A stretch of DNA of 64,000 nucleotides, taken from contig JAEUQN010000001.1 in assembly GCA_016789725.1 (NCBI GenBank), forward strand, positions 78,588 to 142,587, written 5' to 3'. The translations under genes were made by a program, and so were the position numbers. Within the stretch, counting starts at the first letter, position 1, and every line of letters starts with the position of its first letter. This document shows positions 48,059 through 57,546 of the stretch, in pieces. A model generated the notes under the pieces. That model made no database searches and was not told the origin of the DNA. It saw only the letters and a list, made by a program, of their open reading frames with translations. Source of the stretch: Blastocatellia bacterium (lineage in GTDB: Bacteria; Acidobacteriota; Blastocatellia; RBC074).

Positions 48059-48940
48059 ATGCAGAAGTTGAGAAAACGGATTGGATTGCTGCTCGTTGTT
48101 TTGCCCTTGCCAATTGGGGGCAGCGCCCAATCGCTACCTGCGGTGACCCCGACTACAGCAGTAGTGGGATCGTCGCCAACCGAATTGCCGCGCACGACAG
48201 CAGCACCCAACGAGAAACTCGAACCGGCAGAACAAGCGGAACAAGAGAAACGGAATGGTCTTCCTTCCCCATCTCCGACTACCTCGACGCCAACCGCCCC
48301 TCAGTCCGATCCGACTGAGGGATTTCGTTGGCGCTCTGCCATGAAGCAGTCGCTCCTTTTTCTGGCCGTCGAACACGGCTTTCGCTTTGCTACTGAACCA
48401 GGAACACGGGCAGATTTGAAGGGACCATTTTTCCGCAACTGGTTTGAATCTGCCTCGAATCTTCGCGGCTGGCGCGATGGCGACCCCTTCATCGTGAATT
48501 ATATCGGCCATGCGATGCAGGGCGCAGTCACCGGCTTCATTCAAATTCAGAACGATCCGCTGGGGATCAAACCCAAGCCGGGCTTCAATCGAGCTTATGT
48601 GCGCAGCCGGACGCGCGCGTTCTGGTGGAGTGCGGCCTACAGCACGCAGTTTGAACTCGGCCCCTTGAGTGAATCATCGCTCGGCAATGTCGGCTTGCGC
48701 CCCACCAAAGCCTCCCAACATCCGCAGGCGTTTGTAGACATGGTGATCACGCCTACGGTCGGAACAGCCTGGCTCGTAGGGGAAGATACGCTCGATCACT
48801 ATTTGATTCGCCGCCTTGAAAACAAAACTACGAACCGCGTTGTCCGGCTTCTGGTGCGTAGCTTCCTGAATCCGGGGCGCAGTTTTGCCAACGCGATGCG
48901 TGGCAAATATCCCTGGTATCGAGATGACCGGAGATTATAA
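48059..48940 (+). CDS. secreted hypothetical protein (293 aa)
   Basis: Signal peptide, then a Pro/Thr-rich linker, then a globular C-terminal domain. Confidence 0.45.
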   Translation: MQKLRKRIGLLLVVLPLPIGGSAQSLPAVTPTTAVVGSSPTELPRTTAAPNEKLEPAEQAEQEKRNGLPSPSPTTSTPTAPQSDPTEGFRWRSAMKQSLLFLAVEHGFRFATEPGTRADLKGPFFRNWFESASNLRGWRDGDPFIVNYIGHAMQGAVTGFIQIQNDPLGIKPKPGFNRAYVRSRTRAFWWSAAYSTQFELGPLSESSLGNVGLRPTKASQHPQAFVDMVITPTVGTAWLVGEDTLDHYLIRRLENKTTNRVVRLLVRSFLNPGRSFANAMRGKYPWYRDDRRL

Positions 48941-48987
48941 CCACTTCAACTTGCAGTAGTGCCTAAGCCTCAACACGAAGGAGGAAT

Positions 48988-49506
48988 ATGTCAGTTCTAA
49001 GTCTCCGAACCAATGTAGATGTGCCGCAGGAAGTCACGCCGCGCCCCACGACCAACGAAACCGTTTTACTGGAAACCCTCTGGCAACGGCATGCGCGGCA
49101 CGTCTACACCCTGGCGTTGCGGCTCCTGGCCGATGTCAATGAGGCGGAAGCGATCACGGCAGAAGTCTTTCAGCGTGCTTATCAGGGCGTACCCGATCAG
49201 GCAGGCGAGGAACATCGTTTTCTGTTGGCATTGACGATAGACCGTTCGCTGGCGTGGCTGCGCAAACAACAGCGGCTGCTTATCCCAGACAAAAGCGATG
49301 CTCCCGTAGAGGTAACTGCGCCCTCATCCTATCCGGTTGACCTGGAAGCGCATCTGCTGCGCTTGCCCGATTACTGGCGCGTCGCGTTTGTGTTGCACGA
49401 TGTGATGGGCTTGCGTCACGAGGAAATCGCTACCTATCTCCGCACGGAGGAGGCGTATGTGCGACGAGTCGTGCATCGCGCTCGCTTAGCCTTGCGCAAT
49501 GCATGA
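48988..49506 (+). CDS. ECF-type RNA polymerase sigma factor
   Basis: A sigma-70 region 2-like segment (HARHVYTLALRLLADVNEAEAITAEVFQRAY) and a region 4-like segment (HEEIATYLRTEEAYVRRVVHRARLALR). Confidence 0.65.
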   Translation: MSVLSLRTNVDVPQEVTPRPTTNETVLLETLWQRHARHVYTLALRLLADVNEAEAITAEVFQRAYQGVPDQAGEEHRFLLALTIDRSLAWLRKQQRLLIPDKSDAPVEVTAPSSYPVDLEAHLLRLPDYWRVAFVLHDVMGLRHEEIATYLRTEEAYVRRVVHRARLALRNA

Positions 49507-49524
49507 AAGAAAGCAGGATGGCTA

Positions 49525-50409
49525 ATGGATACAATTTTGCGCAATGCACTGCTCTCTGGAAGCCTGGCGGTGATTGTCGTTCTGGTCGGGGCTGGCCTGT
49601 TTCTCGTGCGACCATTAAGCACGATCTGGCGTAGCAGGCTCCATGTCTTTGCAGCAGGAGCCTTATTTGCCGTCCTTGCGCTCGAACTGATGCCAGACCT
49701 GTTAATTGCGCATCACTTTGCGGCAATGTCCGCCTTTCTCTGTGGCCTGCTTCTGCGGATGGCTATGAAATGGTTGACGGGGAAAATCAAAAAAGAGCGG
49801 GACGACTTACCCAAGCCACTACTCACGACAATGATGGAAGCCTTGGTCTATGCCTTGATGGTAGGCATTCTGATGGGCAGCAGCTTCGTTGCCGGCGTCA
49901 GAGAAGGGCTGCTACTCACCCCCGCCTTGACGCTGGCGGCACTCGCTATCTGCCTGGTCGCGCTGGCACGCTTAGGACAAGCAAGTAGTTCGCGCCAACG
50001 GGTGACATTCTTTCTGCTCAGTCTGGCGGCACTCATTCTGAGCGGCGCAGCCACAGGCGCGACCTTGCTCTGGGGACGGGCAACCGTTGATCTTGACCTG
50101 TTGTATGCGTTCGGTATGGCGGTGCTTTTACTTTGGGCGCTGGAATCGTTAATTGAGGCTGGCGAGGATGAGTCGCCTGTTCACACCCTCTTCTTTTTCG
50201 TCCTCGGCGCGCTATTGTTCATATTTCTGGCAGGCCGGTTTGGGCGCGCGCATCCCGATCATCCAGGCCGTCCGGCCACCACAACAAGCGCCCCATACAA
50301 TCACCCACCCAATGAATCATTCACTTTCTCAGACAAACTGACTTTGGAGGCCCCGTATGGAAAAACTGGAACTGGATTTGGAACTACTGCTGCCCGGCTT
50401 GGTGGATGA
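49525..50409 (+). CDS. polytopic membrane protein (possible anti-sigma/unknown)
   Basis: Multiple TM helices. Lies immediately downstream of the ECF sigma gene. The 3' end overlaps the ATPase start. Confidence 0.4.
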   Translation: MDTILRNALLSGSLAVIVVLVGAGLFLVRPLSTIWRSRLHVFAAGALFAVLALELMPDLLIAHHFAAMSAFLCGLLLRMAMKWLTGKIKKERDDLPKPLLTTMMEALVYALMVGILMGSSFVAGVREGLLLTPALTLAALAICLVALARLGQASSSRQRVTFFLLSLAALILSGAATGATLLWGRATVDLDLLYAFGMAVLLLWALESLIEAGEDESPVHTLFFFVLGALLFIFLAGRFGRAHPDHPGRPATTTSAPYNHPPNESFTFSDKLTLEAPYGKTGTGFGTTAARLGG

Positions 50410-52684
50410 GCAGGATCAATGCGTCGCGCGCTTGCAGGAACGCTTGCAAACGACACGCGGCGTGACCGAAGCTCACCTTGAAAAAAATGACGGCAAAGCA
50501 CAACTCTGCATTCACTACGATGTAACGCAAACAACGCTCGCGGCCATTCAACGGCTCGCCACACAGACCGGCGCGGAAATCTCCGAACGCTATCAACACG
50601 ACCTCATCCGCATCGAAGGCATGGATTGTTCGGATTGCACGCTCGCCATCGAACACGGCCTCAAACGCATGGACGGCGTGTTGACGGCGACGGTGAATTA
50701 CGCGGCGCAAACGGCGCGCGTGGAATACGACACCGAGAAACTCAATCGCAATGCTATTGAAAAGCGCATTCACGGCCTGGGCTACGCGGTGGCGAAAGAA
50801 GGCGTGGCGGCTTTTTTCGCCGAGCGGCGCGAATTGATTTTCGCGTTGCTGGCAGGCGCGTTCGTGCTGGCGGGCTGGTTGTCGGGACGCTTTTTCGGCG
50901 CAGGCGAATGGGTCACGACACCGCTGTATTTGGCGGCGTATTTATTCGGTGGCTGGGACATTGCGCGCCACGCGGTTCACGCGCTGCTCGAAAAACATTT
51001 CGACACCGATTTGCTGATGGTGCTGGCGGCGCTCGGCGCAGGGGCGCTCGGCGAATTCTTTGAAGGCGGGTTGCTGTTGTTTCTTTTCAGTTTGGGACAC
51101 GCGCTCGAAGAAATGGCGCTGGATCGCGCGCGCGATGCGGTGCGCAAACTCGGCGACCTCGCGCCCAAGACCGCACTGGTGCGGCGCGACGGCAAAGAAG
51201 TGGAACTGAGCGTCGAACAACTCAACGTGGACGACACGGTGATCGTGCGGCCTGGCGTGCGCATTCCCGTGGACGGCGCAATCCTGAGCGGTGCATCCGC
51301 CGTCAATCAGGCTCCGGTCACGGGCGAGAGCGTACCGGTTGAGAAAGCGCCGGGTGACAAAGTCTTCGCCGGAACGGTCAACGGCGACGGCGCGCTCGAA
51401 GTGAAAGTCACGCGGCTGGCAAAAGACAACACGCTGGCGCGCGTGATGCAGATGGTCGAAGAAGCGCAAACGCAAAAGACGCGCACGCAACAGATGACCG
51501 AAAAGTTCACGCGCTGGTTCGTGCCTGCCGTGCTGATCGGCGTCGCACTGATGATCGTCGTGCCGCTGTTGTTCGGCGGCGGGTTTCGTGAATCCTTCCT
51601 GCGCGCGATGACCTTGCTCGTAGCGTGTTCGCCTTGCGCGCTTGCGCTCGGCACGCCTTCCGCGATGCTGGCGGGCATCGCACAGGCGGCACGCAAGGGG
51701 CTGCTCATCAAAGGCGGCGCGCATCTCGAAACGCTCGGTGCCTTGACGACCATTGCCTTTGATAAAACCGGTACGCTGACGCACGGCCAGCCCGAAGTCA
51801 CCGATGTCATCACCGAAGCGGGCCGCGACGCCGATGAATTTCTCGCAACGGCGGCGGCGCTCGAAAGCCGCTCCGGTCATCCGCTGGCACCGGCCGTCGT
51901 GCGCGCGGCGAATCAGCGTCCGCTCACGTTGCCGCCAGCGGGAGAATTGACTTCGTTCACGGGGCGCGGCATTCGCTCAACGGTCAACGACACGGACGTG
52001 CTGATCGGCAATCGCAAGTTGTTTGCTGAATTCAGCATTGCGCTTCCCGACACCTTGCGCGAACAGATGGAACAACTGGAGGCTGACGGCAAGACCACGA
52101 TGATCGTAGCCATCGGCGGCGCAGCAGCAGGCGTGATTGCATTGGCTGATACGCCGCGCGCCGATGCGAAAGCGACTTTGCAACAACTCAAAGCACTCGG
52201 CATCCGCCAGACGCTGTTGCTGACGGGCGATAACCGGCGCGTCGGTGAAAAGATGGCGAGCTTGCTCGGACTTGATGCGGTGCGCGCGGAGTTGATGCCG
52301 GAAGACAAAGTGACGGCGATTCGGGAACTCGCAGCGGGAGAAATCGTAGCGATGGTCGGCGACGGCGTGAACGATGCGCCCGCATTGGCAGCGGCCAGCG
52401 TCGGCATTGCGATGGGCGGCGCGGGAACCGATGTCGCGCTTGAAACCGCAGACGTGGCGCTGATGGGTGATGAACTGAGTAAACTGCCTTTCGCCGTCGG
52501 GCTGGGACGCGCGACGCGCCGTGTGGTGTTTCAAAACCTGGCGATCTCGGCGTTGGTGATTGCTTTTCTGATTATCACGTCTATTCTCGGTGTCGTCGGC
52601 ATCGGGCTGGCGATTGTCTTTCACGAAGGCAGTACGCTGGTTGTGGTTGCCAATTCGCTCCGGCTGCTGGCTTATCGAGAGTAG
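50357..52684 (+). CDS. heavy-metal translocating P1B-type ATPase
   Basis: N-terminal HMA domain with GMDCSDC. Transmembrane SPC motif (VACSPCALALG). DKTGTLT. HP motif (SRSGHPLA). GDGVNDAP. Confidence 0.85.
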   Translation: MEKLELDLELLLPGLVDEQDQCVARLQERLQTTRGVTEAHLEKNDGKAQLCIHYDVTQTTLAAIQRLATQTGAEISERYQHDLIRIEGMDCSDCTLAIEHGLKRMDGVLTATVNYAAQTARVEYDTEKLNRNAIEKRIHGLGYAVAKEGVAAFFAERRELIFALLAGAFVLAGWLSGRFFGAGEWVTTPLYLAAYLFGGWDIARHAVHALLEKHFDTDLLMVLAALGAGALGEFFEGGLLLFLFSLGHALEEMALDRARDAVRKLGDLAPKTALVRRDGKEVELSVEQLNVDDTVIVRPGVRIPVDGAILSGASAVNQAPVTGESVPVEKAPGDKVFAGTVNGDGALEVKVTRLAKDNTLARVMQMVEEAQTQKTRTQQMTEKFTRWFVPAVLIGVALMIVVPLLFGGGFRESFLRAMTLLVACSPCALALGTPSAMLAGIAQAARKGLLIKGGAHLETLGALTTIAFDKTGTLTHGQPEVTDVITEAGRDADEFLATAAALESRSGHPLAPAVVRAANQRPLTLPPAGELTSFTGRGIRSTVNDTDVLIGNRKLFAEFSIALPDTLREQMEQLEADGKTTMIVAIGGAAAGVIALADTPRADAKATLQQLKALGIRQTLLLTGDNRRVGEKMASLLGLDAVRAELMPEDKVTAIRELAAGEIVAMVGDGVNDAPALAAASVGIAMGGAGTDVALETADVALMGDELSKLPFAVGLGRATRRVVFQNLAISALVIAFLIITSILGVVGIGLAIVFHEGSTLVVVANSLRLLAYRE

Positions 52685-52696
52685 GAAACACATCCC

Positions 52697-53302
52697 ATGA
52701 CGGAAACTGCTCTGAAAATCTTTTTGCCGATTTATTTTCTCGCCTGGTTCGCACTGGCGTTTGCCTGGCGTTCCTATCTGACCTGGAAGCGCACCGGACG
52801 CAATCCTTATCGGCTGGGCAAGAGTGACAACGCGCATGATTTTGTTGGCGTGTTGTTTCGTCTGACGATGGTAGTGAGCGCAGGCGTTGTCTTGCTCCAT
52901 TCGTTGTCGAGTGAACTCTATGGTTATTTTGCGCCGATAGCTTGGCTACAACATCCGACCTTGGTGACGCTCGGCGTCGTTTTACTGTTGGTCTCTTTCC
53001 TCTGGATTCTGCTGGCGCAAAAACAGATGGGCGATTCGTGGCGCATCGGGATTGACCACGAAGTAAAAACGCCGCTGGTCAGAGAGGGCGTCTTCAAGCT
53101 TTCACGCAACCCGATCTTTCTGGGCATGCGCCTCAACCTGTTGGGACTCTTCCTTATTCTGCCTAATGCCGTCACCTTGTCTGTGCTGATCTTGGGTGAC
53201 GCGCTGATGCAGATTCAGGTGCGTTTGGAAGAGGAGTACCTGGGCCGCATGCACGGTCAGGAGTACGAATATTATCGCCGCCAGACACGCCGTTGGTTGT
53301 AA
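52697..53302 (+). CDS. isoprenylcysteine carboxyl methyltransferase (ICMT/PEMT) family membrane protein
   Basis: LVREGVFKLSRNPIFLGMRLNLLG resembles the ICMT-family C-terminal signature. Multiple TM helices. Confidence 0.55.
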   Translation: MTETALKIFLPIYFLAWFALAFAWRSYLTWKRTGRNPYRLGKSDNAHDFVGVLFRLTMVVSAGVVLLHSLSSELYGYFAPIAWLQHPTLVTLGVVLLLVSFLWILLAQKQMGDSWRIGIDHEVKTPLVREGVFKLSRNPIFLGMRLNLLGLFLILPNAVTLSVLILGDALMQIQVRLEEEYLGRMHGQEYEYYRRQTRRWL

Positions 53303-53348
53303 GAGTCTGGCGATTCCCAATCAACATTATTTACAGGAGGAACTCTCA

Positions 53349-53843
53349 ATGACACTTCATTTCAGAACAATGTTGTTGCTGCTGGTCGTGCTTTGGCTTT
53401 GCGGCAACATCTTGACGCTTGCCCAAACCGCTGACGAAAAAGCCGTGCGCGAAGTTGTGCTGAAAAACGCGGAGGCGTTTGAAAAAGGTGACCTCGCACT
53501 AATGGACAAAATCTGGGCCGATGACGACAAAGTCACGGTGATCGAGGCGGGCAATTTTGATTACGGCTGGCGCAACTTCCGCGACAAGCATCTCGGCCCG
53601 GAACTGAAGGCGATGCAAAACCGCAAGTTCACCGCCAGCGACATTCGCGTTCACGTCAAAGACAAGACGGCGTGGGCCACGTTTGCCTACAAAATCGAGG
53701 CCGATTTCAATGGGCGGCACATTGACGCGGAGGGCGCAGGTGCAATGGTGATGGAGAAGATCAAAGGGGAATGGCGCATTGTGATGTATTCCACCAGCGG
53801 CAAGCGGCGTCCGGCGACTCCGGCCCCGGAGAAGAAGCATTGA
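53349..53843 (+). CDS. secreted SnoaL-like/DUF4440-like protein
   Basis: Signal peptide plus an NTF2-like fold pattern. This is a weak assignment. Confidence 0.4.
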   Translation: MTLHFRTMLLLLVVLWLCGNILTLAQTADEKAVREVVLKNAEAFEKGDLALMDKIWADDDKVTVIEAGNFDYGWRNFRDKHLGPELKAMQNRKFTASDIRVHVKDKTAWATFAYKIEADFNGRHIDAEGAGAMVMEKIKGEWRIVMYSTSGKRRPATPAPEKKH

Positions 53844-53867
53844 GCACAAGCGGAAGCCTCTCATCTG

Positions 53868-54311
53868 TTATTGTTGGGCGCGAACGATGAACCCTTTCAA
53901 CCAGGCGCGGATTTCATCGCGTACCCGGCGAAAGATGGCTAACGTTTCTTCCGGGCTTTTTGCGCCGGGGGCAGGTGGGTCTTCAAAGCTCTGATGAATC
54001 CGTTCGGCTTGGCCGGGAAAAAAAGGGCAAGTTTCTTTCGCGTTATCGCAGACGGTAATAATGTAATCGAATTCCTGGCTCGTGAATTCATCCGCCGCCT
54101 TTGACCGGTGGCCGGAAATATCAATCCCGATCTCCTGCATGGCTTGAATCGCTTCAGGCCGCACGCTGGAGGGTTTTACTCCGGCGCTCTCGACTGTCAA
54201 AGCAACGCCGCCATCGTGCCGTAGAATGCCTTCGGCCATTTGGCTGCGGGCCGAATTCCCGGTGCAAAGAATAAGAACTCGTTTTGGGTTATTCACAATC
54301 ATTCCTTTCAT
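53868..54311 (-). CDS. arsC: arsenate reductase, LMW-PTP family
   Basis: CTGNSARSQMAEG P-loop (CX5R) near the N-terminus. ~147 aa from the MKGMIV start. Confidence 0.7.
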   Translation of the reverse strand: MKGMIVNNPKRVLILCTGNSARSQMAEGILRHDGGVALTVESAGVKPSSVRPEAIQAMQEIGIDISGHRSKAADEFTSQEFDYIITVCDNAKETCPFFPGQAERIHQSFEDPPAPGAKSPEETLAIFRRVRDEIRAWLKGFIVRAQQ

Positions 54312-54511
54312 TTTGAGCGGTAAAGCATACGGCTGACGATCACCGCTATGAGGGCGGCTCCGGCGAGTACCCACACAAGACGCTCACTCGCACCTGAAAC
54401 CCATAGTAAGGTCGTGGCACCCGCAAGTATAATCTGCAAAGTGCCTAAGAATATGCGGAGCCATCCCTCAGTCAACTTATGCCGTGTTCCTTCCTTCATT
54501 ATCTGGAACAA
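54308..54511 (-). CDS. small membrane protein (67 aa)
   Basis: Two predicted TM helices. Overlaps the arsC start. Confidence 0.3.
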   Translation of the reverse strand: MFQIMKEGTRHKLTEGWLRIFLGTLQIILAGATTLLWVSGASERLVWVLAGAALIAVIVSRMLYRSK

Positions 54512-54527
54512 ATGAAGCTAAAACATT

Positions 54528-55280
54528 TTATTCGTGTTTGTGAGCATCTGCTTTGCCCTTTTCGGTTTTCACAGGGCTTCCTTTGAGAGCAAAGATAACG
54601 ACCTCAGCGGACTCGCCTTTTATCCCCTTAATTTGGGCTTTCTCTCCGGTTGCCAGCCACTGCGTTTTCCCTGACGCAAGCGTGATGCGCTGGCTTTTCC
54701 CCGTAAGTGCAACTTGCACGCTGGTGAGTCCGACGATGAGTTGTGGCTCTGCGCCTAAAGCAGAAAGTTCACAGACTTTCCCCTTCGCACAGACAAGCCG
54801 CGTGGCACGAAGCTGCTCATTTTCAAATTCCACTTGTTGGATGTTCTCGGCACTCGCCAAGTCTCCCGGCTGAAACTTACCTCGTAACGGTTTTTTCGTG
54901 TCTTCTACGGTTTTGAATTCAATGCGCAGAAAATCACTCGCGGTGTCGTTGGGGTTTTCGACTTCGTGTACCTCTTTCACCGCTTTATAGAGGCGAAAGC
55001 TCCGCGCCTTTACCGCCGCGCGCGTGACACCTGCATAACTGAGTCCAATATGCTTGAAGATTACTGGGCCGCTATCACTCAGGTAAACATACGCCGCGCC
55101 TGTCTCCGTATGATCGTGGGCCGGAATTTTCGCGTGGGGGGCGTAATGCACTTTCGTTACTTTCACCCATTCATTTTCAAAGTCGAGCTTGTAGGCATTG
55201 GGGGCAACTTTCGTCGGGTCTTGCGCAAAAGTAACGGCAGTTAAAAACAGAACGAGACAAGTGAGAACTAAATGCTTCAT
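54528..55280 (-). CDS. secreted hypothetical protein (250 aa)
   Basis: Signal peptide. Overlaps the aquaporin stop. Confidence 0.4.
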   Translation of the reverse strand: MKHLVLTCLVLFLTAVTFAQDPTKVAPNAYKLDFENEWVKVTKVHYAPHAKIPAHDHTETGAAYVYLSDSGPVIFKHIGLSYAGVTRAAVKARSFRLYKAVKEVHEVENPNDTASDFLRIEFKTVEDTKKPLRGKFQPGDLASAENIQQVEFENEQLRATRLVCAKGKVCELSALGAEPQLIVGLTSVQVALTGKSQRITLASGKTQWLATGEKAQIKGIKGESAEVVIFALKGSPVKTEKGKADAHKHE

Positions 55281-56011
55281 TGATAAATTTCCTTCTGCTC
55301 CCGGCTCGTCTCGTGTGGAGTAACGAGCGCCGGAGCGGTTAGCGGGAGTGCTGGCACAAGCCAGCGAAACAGCGCAGTGGCCGCAACCGCGCCAAGGAAC
55401 TGTGCAATGATAAAGCCCGGCGCATCTGCCGGGCGGATGCCGGAAAAAGTATTCGTGAGTGAACGCGCGAGGGTGACAGCAGGATTAGCAAAGGAGGTGG
55501 AAGCCGTAAACCAGTACGCGGCGGTGATGTACGCACCAACTGCAAACGGCACTAATGCTGCGCGTCTTCTTGCTACGCTCCAAATCACCGAGAGAAGCCC
55601 AAAGGTGGCAACAAACTCACTAAAGATTTGTGCGCTGCCGCTGCGCGTATGCACTGAAAAAGAAAAGAGCGGCTCACCAAACATCAAGTGCGCCGCTGCT
55701 ACCCCGAAGGTGGCTCCGAACACTTGAGCCGCAAGGTAGCCTGGGGCTTCCCGCCAGGGAATGCCGCCCTGCCAAGCATCCATCAACGTGACTGCCGGGT
55801 TAAAGTGGGCACCGGAGACGGGGCCGAATGTGAGAATAAAAGCCACCAATCCCGCGCCAGTGGCAAGGGTATTGGCAAGTAAAGCAAGCGCCACATTCCC
55901 ATTGGCTAAGCGTTCTCCCATAATCCCACTTCCCACGACAGTAGCGAGTAAGAGGGCTGTGCCAAGAGCCTCCGCTACGACTTTTCGAGTCAGGCTCACA
56001 TTTTCATTCAT
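55277..56011 (-). CDS. aquaglyceroporin (MIP family; putative arsenite channel)
   Basis: Two NPA boxes: GAHFNPAVTL and FANPAVTLARS. The start is probably MNENVSL. Confidence 0.75.
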   Translation of the reverse strand: MNENVSLTRKVVAEALGTALLLATVVGSGIMGERLANGNVALALLANTLATGAGLVAFILTFGPVSGAHFNPAVTLMDAWQGGIPWREAPGYLAAQVFGATFGVAAAHLMFGEPLFSFSVHTRSGSAQIFSEFVATFGLLSVIWSVARRRAALVPFAVGAYITAAYWFTASTSFANPAVTLARSLTNTFSGIRPADAPGFIIAQFLGAVAATALFRWLVPALPLTAPALVTPHETSREQKEIYQ

Positions 56012-56469
56012 TTGCTTTTTCCCAGTGCGAGCTTCATAAAAACGGCAGTTGAGCAGCGCGGCAGAGTCCATTCCGGGGAGTCTTTGAGCGCCTGGTTGTA
56101 GCGTGTGCGGTTTGCTTCCCGAAAGCCGAATACTTTGGCAAAGAAATCTTTCGCCGTTGTGGTGAGAAGCACCATTTCTGTGAGGTTATCTTTTGCTGCG
56201 ATGTCGAGAAGCGCATACGTCAGCCGGGTTCCTATCTTGTGCCTTTGGTAGTCTGGGTGAACTGCCAGTGAACGCAAGAGGCCGATCTTTGCGTGACGCT
56301 CCAGGCCGATGCAGCCGATGATTTTTCCGATTCCATCAACGGCGACTAAAAAGTCCTCGAAATGTTCCTTCACTCCCTCGTGTGGCAGATCAACCACACG
56401 AAGAAGTGAGAGAACTTTATCAAGCACAGCAGGTGTGGCCTTTGTAATCGTAATCAGAGGCTCTGCCAT
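56008..56469 (-). CDS. GNAT family N-acetyltransferase (ArsN-like by context)
   Basis: Acetyl-CoA binding-like region RSLAVHPDYQRHKIGTRL. Lies within the ars cluster. Confidence 0.55.
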   Translation of the reverse strand: MAEPLITITKATPAVLDKVLSLLRVVDLPHEGVKEHFEDFLVAVDGIGKIIGCIGLERHAKIGLLRSLAVHPDYQRHKIGTRLTYALLDIAAKDNLTEMVLLTTTAKDFFAKVFGFREANRTRYNQALKDSPEWTLPRCSTAVFMKLALGKSK

Positions 56470-56470
56470 A

Positions 56471-56923
56471 TTAACGTGTGATCCCAACAAGCTCCGTCGT
56501 TGCGGTGACACAGCAAGCGGTCGCTTCTGCTTTCTCTGGGAGATTGTCTTCTAAGACCACGAATACTTCCCACGCATTGCCGTCCGGGTCTTGCACCCAA
56601 GACTTATCCTGCACGGCATAGCAGCAACTTGTTTTCTCTTCATCGCGCGTCGTGAGTCCTGCTTGAATCCAACGCTCCCGAATGGCTAAGACATCCTCGG
56701 TTGAGGCAACTTGTAGTCCTAAGTGAGAGAGCGCTCCGCGTTCTTTCACCGGCGCTTCGTTCATTGCCAAATTGAGCGGCGGATTTTGCACATCGAATTT
56801 CGCGTAGCCAGTGCGGACTTTGGCCGGTTCGATGCCGAACATCTTCTTGTAGAATTCAATGCTCGCTTGGACGTTTCGCACGTTGATCGAGACGTGCGGT
56901 TTCAAAACGGTAACTGATTTCAT
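56471..56923 (-). CDS. VOC/glyoxalase-family protein with vicinal Cys pair (ArsI/CadI-like)
   Basis: KTSCCYAVQDKSWVQDPDGNAWEVF: a vicinal Cys-Cys followed by DPDGN.WE, as in ArsI C-As lyase / CadI. Confidence 0.55.
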   Translation of the reverse strand: MKSVTVLKPHVSINVRNVQASIEFYKKMFGIEPAKVRTGYAKFDVQNPPLNLAMNEAPVKERGALSHLGLQVASTEDVLAIRERWIQAGLTTRDEEKTSCCYAVQDKSWVQDPDGNAWEVFVVLEDNLPEKAEATACCVTATTELVGITR

Positions 56924-57028
56924 AGTGTTCTCCTCTTTCATATTCGGTAAATCAAATATGAAGGCACTGTACGCCTCTTCAACATATTCGTCAAATCAAA
57001 TATATTCTGTGTTATACTTTTTTCTGTT

Positions 57029-57430
57029 ATGAGCAAAACGGCTGAGTTTGATTTAGAGCAGTTCTTTTTGGCGTTGTCGGATAAAACCCGGTTGCGCATA
57101 ATCAATCTGATAGGGGAGGATGAGCTTTGCGTGTGCTTCTTTGTGGAGGTGTTGGATGAGTTGCAGCCGAAGATTTCGCGGCATTTGGGCGTATTGCGTG
57201 AGACGGGATTAGTGTCGGCGCGTAAGGATGGCAAATGGATGCACTACCGTGTTGAGACACCACAGCATCCGCACGCGGCAAAAGTCCTCGCGGATGTCCG
57301 CGCTTGGCTCAAAGACGATCAGGAAATGCAACGCGATAGGGCGCGGCTGGTCAAAGTGTGCTGTGGTTCCTGCCTCCCTCCAGCACTCAACGGTGCGCCG
57401 CTTCCGGCAAGTATCTTGGCCGAGCGATGA
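57029..57430 (+). CDS. arsR: ArsR/SmtB family metalloregulator
   Basis: ELCVCFFVEVL metal-binding motif immediately before the HTH (ISRHLGVLRETGLV). Divergent from the ars operon. Confidence 0.7.
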   Translation: MSKTAEFDLEQFFLALSDKTRLRIINLIGEDELCVCFFVEVLDELQPKISRHLGVLRETGLVSARKDGKWMHYRVETPQHPHAAKVLADVRAWLKDDQEMQRDRARLVKVCCGSCLPPALNGAPLPASILAER

Positions 57431-57546
57431 AGCCTTGCCTGATCGCTTGACTCTTGAGCCTGTACAATGGGCTAAAGTGACAGAAGCTCATGGGGAATTA
57501 ACAGCGCGGGCATAAATAAATCCTTGCGCCAACTCTCTGGCGATTT

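Noticed and set aside
50942-52900. 312-aa and 307-aa minus-strand ORFs
   Set aside because: Antisense to the P1B-ATPase, which has unambiguous DKTGT, HP and GDGVNDAP motifs. Arg-rich junk translation.
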